Below, in pieces: positions 39,301-50,814 of a stretch of DNA of 64,000 nucleotides. Each line of letters begins with the position of its first letter. Positions within the stretch are counted from its first letter, which is position 1. This stretch comes from Tubiluchus corallicola. Taxonomy: Eukaryota > Animalia > Priapulida. Position numbers and translations under genes: made by a program. Location: the NCBI GenBank assembly GCA_030141605.1, contig JAQGDQ010000036.1, forward strand, positions 868,001-932,000, read 5' to 3'. The notes beneath the pieces were generated by a model that worked only from the letters and a program-made list of their open reading frames with translations, had not been told where the DNA came from and searched no databases.

Positions 39301-42300
39301 AACTCGAGCGGCCAGCTCCGCCTTAAATATCAGTGCAAATGAACAATGTAGAAACTACTACGCGCATCGCGTATAGAAAGTTCTCGAATCTTCTACAAGG
39401 TAAAAAGATTGTTCTACTATACTATAGAATGTTCCAGATCTCCACAACAGTATTGAAACCTGCTTGCTCTATCACACTGTACAGGTAGACTCTGCAGACA
39501 AAACGTCTGGCATAATTTTATATTTTAAAGTTTGTAATAAAAGTTGTTTGTTTCAATAATTATTCTTTATTCTTTCATCTATATACACATATAAACACAA
39601 TTTAGGACAGACAGTCAGAAATGCAAGCATTCCAAAATTTCAGTTCCTGCGTCAGAAACCATGCAATTACAATATTTCAACGTAACAGACTTCAGCGCTC
39701 AACATTTTTAACAATTCTTCTAGCGAACTGCTTGATTTAAGCAGTTTGTCCAATCCGTATTCTTTACTCCATATCCAAGTGGAATTTGGTCTTCTAATGC
39801 TATGTCAAATTCTAGAAAGCTGAAAGTCTGAGTGTAAAATATCAATTCTATCTTTGGAAAGCTCGCAGTCATTGTTTCCTTTCAAATCGTATCTCTGCGT
39901 CCTGCTTGTATTAAAACCTGGCTTCAATCAAGCAAGTCGGCTGCTGCATAATTGCAGCCAGCGTTTAACAACGCCCCACCGCGTGAAGGAAATGCATCTG
40001 AATTTTCATTTTAACTGCGTGCGAGATTCATCCATTTAGCAAATAATCAAAACTGTAAGACTCCCAATCAAACCGCTTTTCAGAGATTGAGTGACGCTTA
40101 ACTCAAGAAAATATTCCAATATTGCTCAGCTTCTACAACATATCACTCAAAGAATCAGCCACGTACATTAGAAGATTACAGAACTGTCCTATAGAAGGGT
40201 AGTGCTTTCATACGGTAGTTGTTTCCAGATTAGCAACGCTAGACGTATCGCTGGGAATCTAAAGCGAAGTGGAGCGGAATTAGGAAAAATTGCTCGTTCA
40301 GGCTGGAGTGGCTGTACAAGCACACAGATTGATTGCACTCTGCATGGTTATGTACACACGGCCTGTTTGGTATAATGAAGCCTACACGGGCTTCCAGTAA
40401 TGCGTACAGGCAATAGCACAATCTAATGCTAATATAGCCAGTCAGCAAACCTTAAGGGAGTATTACACGATTTAGGCATTAATGGGAAGTTTACAGAACA
40501 GCCTGACGAATAGGGTCGCTTACTCTTAGCAAAGGACGAGTTGGGCTTTGACTGGGAGCTAACTGTTCGAACACACAGGACAAGCGGCTTTCTGGGTTGG
40601 TTGTATTAGCCTTAATGGACTTATATACATGCATAAGCATCAGACGACAGTGACTGTGACAGTGACAGTGACAGCGACGAGGACTTCGACAAAAGTATGT
40701 TTAGGTATCTGTGCGTGCAAGTTTGCATTATACCCAATTATCGTGCAGTGGTGCTGGAAGAGGGACAAGTATAAAAATTCAAATCCAATAGATTGATTCT
40801 AATGGCGCGTTAAGATCAGCGAATTTTCTCACCAAGTAAACTCGTCAAATAACTCGCAAGCGTGTTCAGGTTAGACAGCAAAACTTGCAAAGTGCGAATT
40901 ACTCTCAGACAGTAGACGCAAGCTACTGCGAACTCTATTAATTCTTCTTTCTCTATTCACTGCGAAAAGTATCGAGAGTAACTCGTCGAAGCGTCCACGC
41001 TAGACAGTAACTCGCAGCAACTTCAAAGAGTTTGCAATAACTGGCCGACAGTCACTCGCAAAACTGTTCACACTTGCAAGTACTGTCAAAAAGAAAACCC
41101 GCCAGTCTGAACGTGACGTAAAACAGCCTTTCAGTTGACGATGTTCGTAATGTTCCACACCAAAATGATCACTTCAGCGGGGTGCAAATATCACGAAAGA
41201 AATTTGTATGAATCGTATTCAAATTACTTAGTTTTCTGAATTCTAATATGTTGAGTTTTCAATGCATTTAGGAGTAGATGGTGTGTGTTTGCTACTTGAA
41301 ACCACTATTTATTTCAGTTTTGTACAACGTATAACCGACATATGAATTCAATTTTTTTTTCATTCAATGATTTCAGTCTTTTTCAGATGGGATGTCTTTT
41401 CAGGACGCGATTTCTAACTTTCGCTTTCCTTCGACCCGGACTTGCATGAGTGACCACCATGCAGACGAATCTTTGGGTTTTTTCGACTTGGCTTTGTTTA
41501 GTTTAGATTGCCTTCAGAAAGCCTCTTGCTGGTAAAGATAGACAGCAGAACCAAAAACACGCCAACAGTGACCGGTTTCATCTAAAGACAGATGCGGGAA
41601 AATAATGTTGCCCACCACCAGAACTGTTTGTACGCTGCACGCTAAGATACTGCGATATATATATATACGTGCATGTACAATGCTGGGACGTTTTAGCAAA
41701 TCCATCATACCTCATTTATGTCGTGAATGCGAATCATATAAACCCCGGGATACAGTTGCCCAGATGCTAAGTTGCTGCGAAAAACTTGCTATAAATGTAA
41801 GCAAATAAAACCCAGGTTTCAGTTTTTCTGAGCAGTTCCATCAAACTCCAGGCGTATCGTGTAGGGTTTCAATGGCGGCCACTTCAATAGGAGCGCAGAC
41901 TAGTCACTCAGTTTGTCAACAAGCCTGGTAACTTGAAGTGTACTGATGCAACAAGCAGTACCGTAAAACGGGGTGAGTTCGCCACCCGAGGGTGAGTTCG
42001 CCACCCCTTACGTAAGGGCCATTGTAGGTTTGCTGTAACTATTGTTCAGTGTTTAATGAACAGATATCATGATCACCGTCATTATAAACAGTTTGCGACA
42101 GTTATCTTTTTTCAATTCGCTCTAGAAGTACTCCATTCTGCGCTACATATTATTTGTCTACTATTTCTTGCTACTTAACATGCCACGCACCTACACCCCT
42201 GTACCGGGTCATAGATAACAATATTATACCCCAGAAGCTCTGGAAGCTGCCCTACATGCCGTCAAGAATACCAACAGGACAATCAGCGCAGCGGCGAGGC

Positions 42301-45300
42301 AATTCGGAGTTCCAAGAAAGACCCTTTCTGACAAACTCTCAGGTAGTCATCCGCTGAAGACCGGAGGTCAGCCAGTGTTCTCCGCCGCCGAGGAGCACGA
42401 AATCGCCAACACTCCAAGTGGCCGCTGAATGGGAGTTCCCAATGACTGCCATCGATCTCCGACTACTGATTAAGAGTGTTCTTGACGCGAAGGGAATCCG
42501 GGAACGACGATTCAAGGCAAACACCCTGGAATAGACTTTGTCAAATCATTCGCCCAAAGGAACAATCTGGTTTTCAGAGCGGCTGGCAACATCAAGGGCG
42601 CCCGCGAAAAGATCAGTGCACAAGACGTTCAAGCCTTCCTTGCCAACGTAGAAGTTTCTATTTGAAAACTAAAACTAGACATTTTTCATAATTTTTTCAT
42701 AGGGTGGCGAACTCACCCCCAACCAGCCAATCACAACCAGTTAACTTCAGCTGCCTAGAATGGCATTAAAGAGTGTAAAATCGTTAATGGCGAATTCACC
42801 CCACGATAGTGTTTCATTCGAAAGGCAATATAAAGCTTGAACTAAGAAAATTGGTTTGGTAATTCTCTTGCTATGGCAGGAAACGTAAAAAAATACCCCT
42901 AAAAAGTGGCGAACTCACCCCGTTTTACGGTACTTCATAATCACACACAAGTTAAAGCACTTGATCAGAAAAACTGCACGAAGCTGTGGGAAAACACTAG
43001 ATAGTAAAATCGGAAGTAGAAATAAATGAAAAGTAAAAATATATACAGAAAACAAGACGAAGATGTATTGAAAATGTATATTAAAACAGCAAAACAATTA
43101 ATCAGGACGAATCTAATAAGTAATTAAAATCGGTTATTGGTGCAACTAACTTGTATAAATGTGAACTAACCTAATTTAGAACGGATCTCTGAATACTGAT
43201 GATGATGATGATGATGCTGATGCAGCTGCTGATGATGATGATGATAATAATAACAAGTGAAGTCAAGTATTCAATCATAAAATCGTAGAGAAAAATGGCA
43301 AAGGTATTTGTAAACACTTTTTATTTAACTGTGGCCACTACAATCCAATGGCTACTATCAGAAACTAGGCAACAAAAAGTTTATTTTGACGCCAAAAATT
43401 AAAGAACATCTAGCTTTAACTATTCAGTTTATATTACTAACAGGACGGGTTGGCTTAACGTGTGCTAGGGTTAATGTTTGCACGAATGCCAGTAACTGAC
43501 TACAGTGTAGGGTTATAGGCTTCAGGCATGACGATGTCAAACTCTGATCACAGGTCGAGATCCATACGAAATACCTGGACTCGTGGCACAGGCTAATCAT
43601 TGTGTGTGAGGGACATTCATGATTATGAATGACAACTATGAGGCTCACTTAGTAATGCATGATAGAATGTACCAGCTAAGAGAAAATTAGAATTGTACAT
43701 AAACTCAGACTCAGGGCAACAGTATAATATTGAAGTAATAAATAGCTTTGCAATATATACCTGCCTAATCCATTTTCAATTGACCTTGAAAATCTAAAAC
43801 AAAAATCTGTTTGGTGAGGGAAATGTACACTTATATGCTGTGTCATAACCACTATCATGATCATTATGACAAACAAAAGAAAATGTGCCATTTACTCAGG
43901 TTAGCAGCGACAAGGAAACGCTCTTCATTATCTCGTTGATAAATTAGGAGAAATACATTCTAATCAAACCCCAGCTTTGTCAAACGTTTGTTCAAAGAAA
44001 GCCAAACTGAGCCAACAATGTAAAGAAGCTTAATTTGTCACCCAAAATACGCACGTAATGTGCAGTGATCATTAACAATTTCGAATTGCTGTATGAAAAT
44101 TTACTTGGATTATGAAAATTAGCCGACAAACATAATTTAATCTTCATTCTTTCTCATTAAACTAGTAGTAGCAGTCTTACTTCACTATAGTAGTTGCAAT
44201 AAATAAGGGACATAAGATTTGTTAGAGACGTTAAGCAAAACATTAACAAGACAGCCGAACAGAAATATGTTGTATACGCTTTTTTAGAATTTAAATATTT
44301 ATTTAAATTAATGGGCAGAAGTTTTTTTTCATATTCTATATAAATTAACGTGATAGCCAGTTTTCTTTAACATCCTGACGCCTTAAATTGGGAAAACAAA
44401 AAAGCCAATAATCAAAGTTAAGTTTCAGCATAGATGCGTAGGGTAAAGTGGGCGTCTTGAAGCAATAAAGTAATGACTAAATTGCAGAAAATACTGGAAG
44501 TGCACACTAGTTTAGCTATTATGCCCAAAAACTGGGCACCCTGTTGTTGACATGCAATGAGAAAAGCCAAATACAAACTAGTTGACAATGGTTCTGACGT
44601 AGTCAGAGGTTAAGATTTTGCAAACAATAGTTACAAAATTAGGCGTTGAAATGACATCAGTATCTTTTTTTGACTGTCATAATTTTGACTAATATACTGA
44701 ATTCGCATTGTGTAAATCACGTCTCCTGGAAAGCAGAATTTATTTGAGAAACATGTTAGAAAGTTTCAGCAATAAAATTGTGATAAACACCTCGTATAAT
44801 TAGTAAAATCAATTTAAAGTTGCGATCACTTCATACTTAGGCGTGCTCATTTTGAACGAAAAATGACATCATTCGCTTGTTACCCATGCAATATAAACGC
44901 TTATCCTGCCAGGTGCTTAAGCAATCGTTTTTTGCAGGTGTAGTTACAATTCTCAACTATAAACTTTCAACCAGAGATCATTAATAATATTTTTTGCTTT
45001 TTGATGATCTCCTTGCCCACTCTAGCTGTAATCAAAAACAGTTACTGACGGTAGTATATAACCTGGAAATAACCCCGACAAAGTAACAGAATAATTATTT
45101 TAACAAGTTGAAGCTGAACTCTATAAACTAAGTGAACCGGCGCGGTACCTACTTTAGTAGTAGGCCTATTCTCGCAGAATTCCACACTTATCTGTGTCAA
45201 CAAAAATCTGTAAATTAATTATATACACATTGTACAGTTGTTTACGCAGTTTATTAAAGTATAATCCTGTGGATTAAAGCTAACCACTTTAAAGTTGTTG

Positions 45301-48300
45301 TTAATTGATCCGTTGACTAATTTTTACATAAACACGATTAAACACATGCTAGAATAGTAGAACTTCAAAGTGAGTTTCAGCTGCTTCAGAAGTTTTGCTA
45401 GGGGTGAATCCAGCGTTCAGGCTGTCCACCAGCTTACATCATTTTTTTAAAATATGTGTGCAACAAGGTTCGTTTGATGGGGGATAGGAAATATATTTTT
45501 TTTCTTTACATTTTAAGCAAGGCATTTTATGCATGAATACGGCCTTGTAATTTCAATATTTTAATAATATATTAAAATACAATGAATGTTGTTCCATGGT
45601 TGGTTTTTCTTTTAAATACATAGGATTTGGACTTCAAAATGACACCAGAACTCGTATAACTTTTCAACTCGAGACCCGAGGGTCAACCAATCACCCCCTC
45701 AACTTATACCTTTGTTTTTAGTCTAACAGTTTTTAGTCTTAGTGACCTTCTGCTTTTGTTCACTTTTTAAATTGTTGCATTCTTACTTAGTTGTGGAGGA
45801 TATTGCACTTGTAGGTTTTACAATGTTCTAGGTTTCTTATAGCGTTTGCCTGAAGTTAGAAACACATGGGGAAACACTCCAACTGCGAGTGACCTGCTAG
45901 AGCAGAACCTAAGAGCACCAACAAGCAAGTTGCAGCAATGGCATCGATTTAAATTTACTGCAGGAACTTGCACAGAAAGATTGCAAATTTTTCACAGGCC
46001 GTTAATACTGGCCAGCATTAGTTTCTGTTAACTGGATGGATAATTCCAAGCCACTAAAGTTTAGAAAAATTTAGGATATGTAGGCATTCAAACGCACATA
46101 TCTGTTACAGTTCTTTCTTTGTCAAGTGACCACGATGCCAACTGTTGTTGGCATCCTTCTGTCTCGGAAGACAATGGAGTATGCGCCAAGAGAGTCAATA
46201 ATTTATCACATTGATGGAGCTGCAGCGTCGACTGTGGCTGGGCAATCCGATCCTTGAACTACTGGAGTGGCCTCTGCAGGGCGCACGCCTGGGCAAGGTG
46301 TATGGAGATCCTGAGTTGCCCAGACATCAGGAACCCCCTCTCTTCCTCCCTGGTGTAGTCCAAAGGAAAGCGGAGCGATACGTTTGGCACCAGGTTGACT
46401 GCAGGAGCTGCCGGAGTCAGTGAGCATGCTGCACTGGTCTGCTTTCGGGGCTCCACGCCGTTGGGTCACTTGACCTCCTCCGCCCTCTAGCCGTTGGCTG
46501 CTTGTGCAGCTCCTCCGCCTAGTATCGAGATACAGTGTGGGCATCCCGCAAGCCTACAGCACCTGGTATTCCTAGGCGGTCACCCATCCAAGTACTAACC
46601 AGGCTCTACGTTGCTTAGGTTCGGTGATCAGACAAGAACCAGGTTTTCAACGTGATATGCGATGCCAATAAACAGTAGCAATTTCTGTACACATTTAATG
46701 TACTGCAGCAAGTTTTACATAACTTTCTATTTTTTGCAATTTCTCTATTCTTACTATTTTTTTCCTTAATATACTAGGTACAAAGATAGTGTCAGATCAA
46801 GGGAGATAAATTAGATAACCTTGACCAGTAACAATCAGATACGTATACAAAAAGGCAAATATCCAAGCAGCAGTTTCAGACCACTTCTTTCTCTGCAAAC
46901 CTTTTACAGAATACTTGATTGAGAATTATCTACAAGTATGTACAAGTACTAGTAAATAGGAGTAATACTTAGCCAGATGAAATACAAGCCACTTAGCTTT
47001 GTATACACACTCATTAAAGCACAACACCCCAACCAGTCATTAACATTTACATTTTCCTCTTAATTTCAGGGAACACAGCAAGAAGCCGATGAAGCAGAGC
47101 AAAAAACAAGAGGCCAGATTAGTTGCTCCCTAGTTTAATCATTGAGCATTCCTTCTGACAGCTTCAAATTTTGGCAAATCAGCATTATATTCAGTAGTCT
47201 TATGTTCAGTATATTTCCAGGTGTAGGGTAAGCAAGTGAAAGATGCAGGACTATTCATTTCTGTGACACGTCTGATTTTAGGAGCAACTCTCAATGCTTA
47301 GTAGATAAAAACAGCACATTAGAAATTCAAATCAAGGGACAAAAGGACTGCTTTCAATCGGAACCCAAATTTGAATTCTCGGCAGAAATTAAGGATGGAC
47401 TCTCAATGAATCAAAATATTATTATCAAGTGCAGGGGCAACCGACTTTAACTCACTGCTACTTTGGTGTGTTTACCTTTATGCATTTTTAAAGTTATCGA
47501 AGTGACTGTCGATAAAGAATTTGGAGATTCTCATGCTCTCGCAACTGAAAACTGAGAGGAATCATTACAAAAAGTATATTGCTTCAACACAAGTGTGAAT
47601 ACCTAATATGCTATACAGTGAATTATGTGTGTGTTATTACATAGTTCACGTTAACAATAAATGCAATACAGTTTATTTGGACAGGATAAAATAAACCCAA
47701 TCGTGTTTGTTTGTTTGTTTACGATAGGCTTCCCAAAATTTGATAACATAAAGTAAACATAAATGATGTAAACCACCAGTAGCAGAGAGCATTGATTCAA
47801 GAATTGACTTTTTTTCATTTAGGTACGATGTTTTACACAAAATTTATAAAAAATTTATATGATACTTCAACTTCATCTGTAATATTATAAGATAAGGTTA
47901 AATGGACAGTTTCAGTTTGTATATGGCGTTTCTTTGCCCTGTTCTCTCTTGCAGGGGCATTTTTCAACATACTTGCACGCTTAACATTAAAAATAAAAAT
48001 ACTTCGCACTGTATTTTCTTGAAGCTTTCTATGGGAACCTAAAATTAAAAAGCGTATTTGACAATCATTGCCAATACGCTTTGGAGATACAGCATAATAG
48101 CAATTATTTTCATCCTGTGTAAACATATGTGACAGACCTAATGTTATTTGGAAAACATTTTGCTTCTATTTATTATTAATTACACGAAAGCAGGTGTATA
48201 TTAAACTTAACAAAATAATACACGAAAAGCACTGCCCTGCAGTACTATGTGCCCCAGGCACATACACTAACTTTGAAATACAAAATGTATTTAGTAACCT

Positions 48301-50779
48301 AATACTAACTATAGTGATTTACGTGTGTGTACCCGTGAGTCTCTCTTTATAATCTATTTGCAAAAAATGCTCATGACAAACAATCCCTCCCAGCATTGGC
48401 CTCCCATAAATTTGAAGATTTGCTGGAATTATGCACTCTTTTTATAGCGGTTCTCCACTGATATCGTAATTGCTTGGCAGTTAAAACTTGAAACCACTTT
48501 TTCCAACTACCGAAGCATGGTAGAACCGTAGTACTAAAGAAAAATGACTGTATCTTGTTCAGCAACACGCACGTGTAGTTACAACGCAAAGTAATTTTTA
48601 TATCAAGATGAGGCTGGGGCCTTAGGGTTACAGATTAGGCCACCTAAGGCTTGTGTATTACAAGTTAGCGTCGCTTGATGCTGGAAGCATTTGTCTCCCT
48701 GACTTCTGTTTTGCTTTCTTCTGGGACACTATACGCAGGTTAACTAATCATTGCCAAGATAGCGGATTTCGAACTTCAACTTTCTAAGAGAAATTACAGC
48801 AATCGCCGCAGTTCTATGAAAAATTTTTGGGGCACCGTTATCATTTGTCAAGTGTAAAAATATGGTTGCTTACTCCCTATCTTGGCAATAACCTCAAGTG
48901 CAATGGTACTTTTAAACTATATTTTACATGTGGTAGCTATCTTTGTTTATGTGGTAACACAGTTAGTTCATAGATCGTCTGATTAGATACTCTACAAATT
49001 GTAATTACACACCAAAAAAACATTAGTATTGGAAATAAATGAAGAAGAACATGTTTACAACAGTTTAAGCCTTTTTTATAACCGTTTTAGTATAATAATA
49101 GTAGTACATCCTGAATTCCACATGGGAAGGTAAAAACAGCAATCACAGTGTTTTAGTAATAAAACTGCTCGTTGGTAGTTTACTGACAGTTTTAGTATAG
49201 TTTGCTTTTTGCACCAGGGAAATGTGCACCACACAAGTGAGTGCATAGACAGGTAAGATGGAAAGGATAATTAATGGGTAATAACCAAGTAAAACAATTT
49301 AATGGATTTGAGAAAATAGTCCAGTTTGGTATCTTCCCCATGGCAATACACTATCCAGATTTAATTTCAGAACTCTAAGGACTGCAAGCACATGCAAACG
49401 CGTAATAAAACAAAATTGATGATACTGAAACTGCTAGTAACTGCATCAGACAAGTAATTAAAACCATTTCTTTTTTTATCTAGTGTCTTGATTCTAAGTC
49501 AGTATGAACTGGAGTGAACATGCAATCAAAATTTATTATGAAATGCGTTCTCTGAATTAAATGCTGAATTAAACACATGAAGCAGAAAATTAGAACTTAC
49601 TTTAGCCATTTTCTCAGATACTTGATGCGTTACATCATGTATGATACCAGCTTTTGCCACGTTTCCAGCCGAAGCTGTGAAGTCCTCAACAGCTGAGCAC
49701 TGAATTGAAATAAAAAAATCTTCAAGTCTTCATACAGTTTAATTACTAAACATTAAATAACAATATCTCATTACAAATGTGTAAATTTTAGATCATTTTT
49801 TTCTTCTAATGGGTGTACAAGACAGCAAAAAATATGCTGCTCATAAAAAGGCAGGATGTATTTATAAGAAGGATCAGCTGCTAAAATACTGTTTCTACAG
49901 CTCCAAATATCTATTGCAAGATAATTTTTATTAAAAATTTTGAAAAGGTACCTTGACAGTAATTCCCAGCTGAGAAGGTCACGAGTTTATAAAGTGAACA
50001 TGAGTTTAGACAAACATGGCAGCAACTCCAAGTCACAGTACAGCAATCATTCTAGTGCTATTCCAAGTAATTGTTAAAATCGACTAAACGGTATAAAAAC
50101 TTAATTTTGCCAAGTTTGTGTGCTTTCATACTGACTGTAGAAACTCACCCGTCGTGTGTGAAGATAATCCAAATCAGCTTGTGAAAGCAATCGACTAGGG
50201 CGAGGCATTTCAGTTTGTTTCATTTCTTGCTGATACTTGACTAATTCCATATCTGAGACAGATTTCTCCAGTCCTCTTCGTAAGTCATTTGTCATTGCTG
50301 CTTTAACAGAAACATACTTTGACATAACGCTTTAACAATGAGCTATTCTGACACTTCTGCCTGCCTGACAAAACCAAGATCTAAGACCTTGCTTTCACAA
50401 CGTTTCAAACTGAAATGTACCTACCAAAGAAATATTTTTGGCAAGTGTCGAGATGTTGGACTGGGTTTGAATGTAATCAATGACTGTAACACAACAATTA
50501 CTGCATGACATCTTAGTGACTGGGTTGAATAATAATATTATTCTAGCAATGCTGTTGAAATGCAATAATTTAATAATTAAACATTTTTTCATTTATTTAT
50601 TTCTTATGTCAGTACCTATAAATTGAAGATATTTCCGTTCATGCTTTTATAATCATCAGTTAATGTTTTGTGTAGCTTTTAATTCTACACAACACTATAT
50701 GCAAATAAAACCTAGAAGTAACATACAGAGTAGTTACTGTGTTATTTCAAATGATTCTTATATAGAAAGTTTTAATAAC

Positions 50780-50814
<35 letters not shown>

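Noticed and set aside
46206-46544. Three GC-rich ORFs (46206-46544, 46211-46423, 46259-46456)
   Set aside because: They lie in the SINE body, where high GC explains the open frames; no protein motif.
46550-46659. Functional 5S rRNA gene
   Set aside because: 5' end truncated, no oligo-T terminator, single copy, flanked by a TSD together with downstream sequence.
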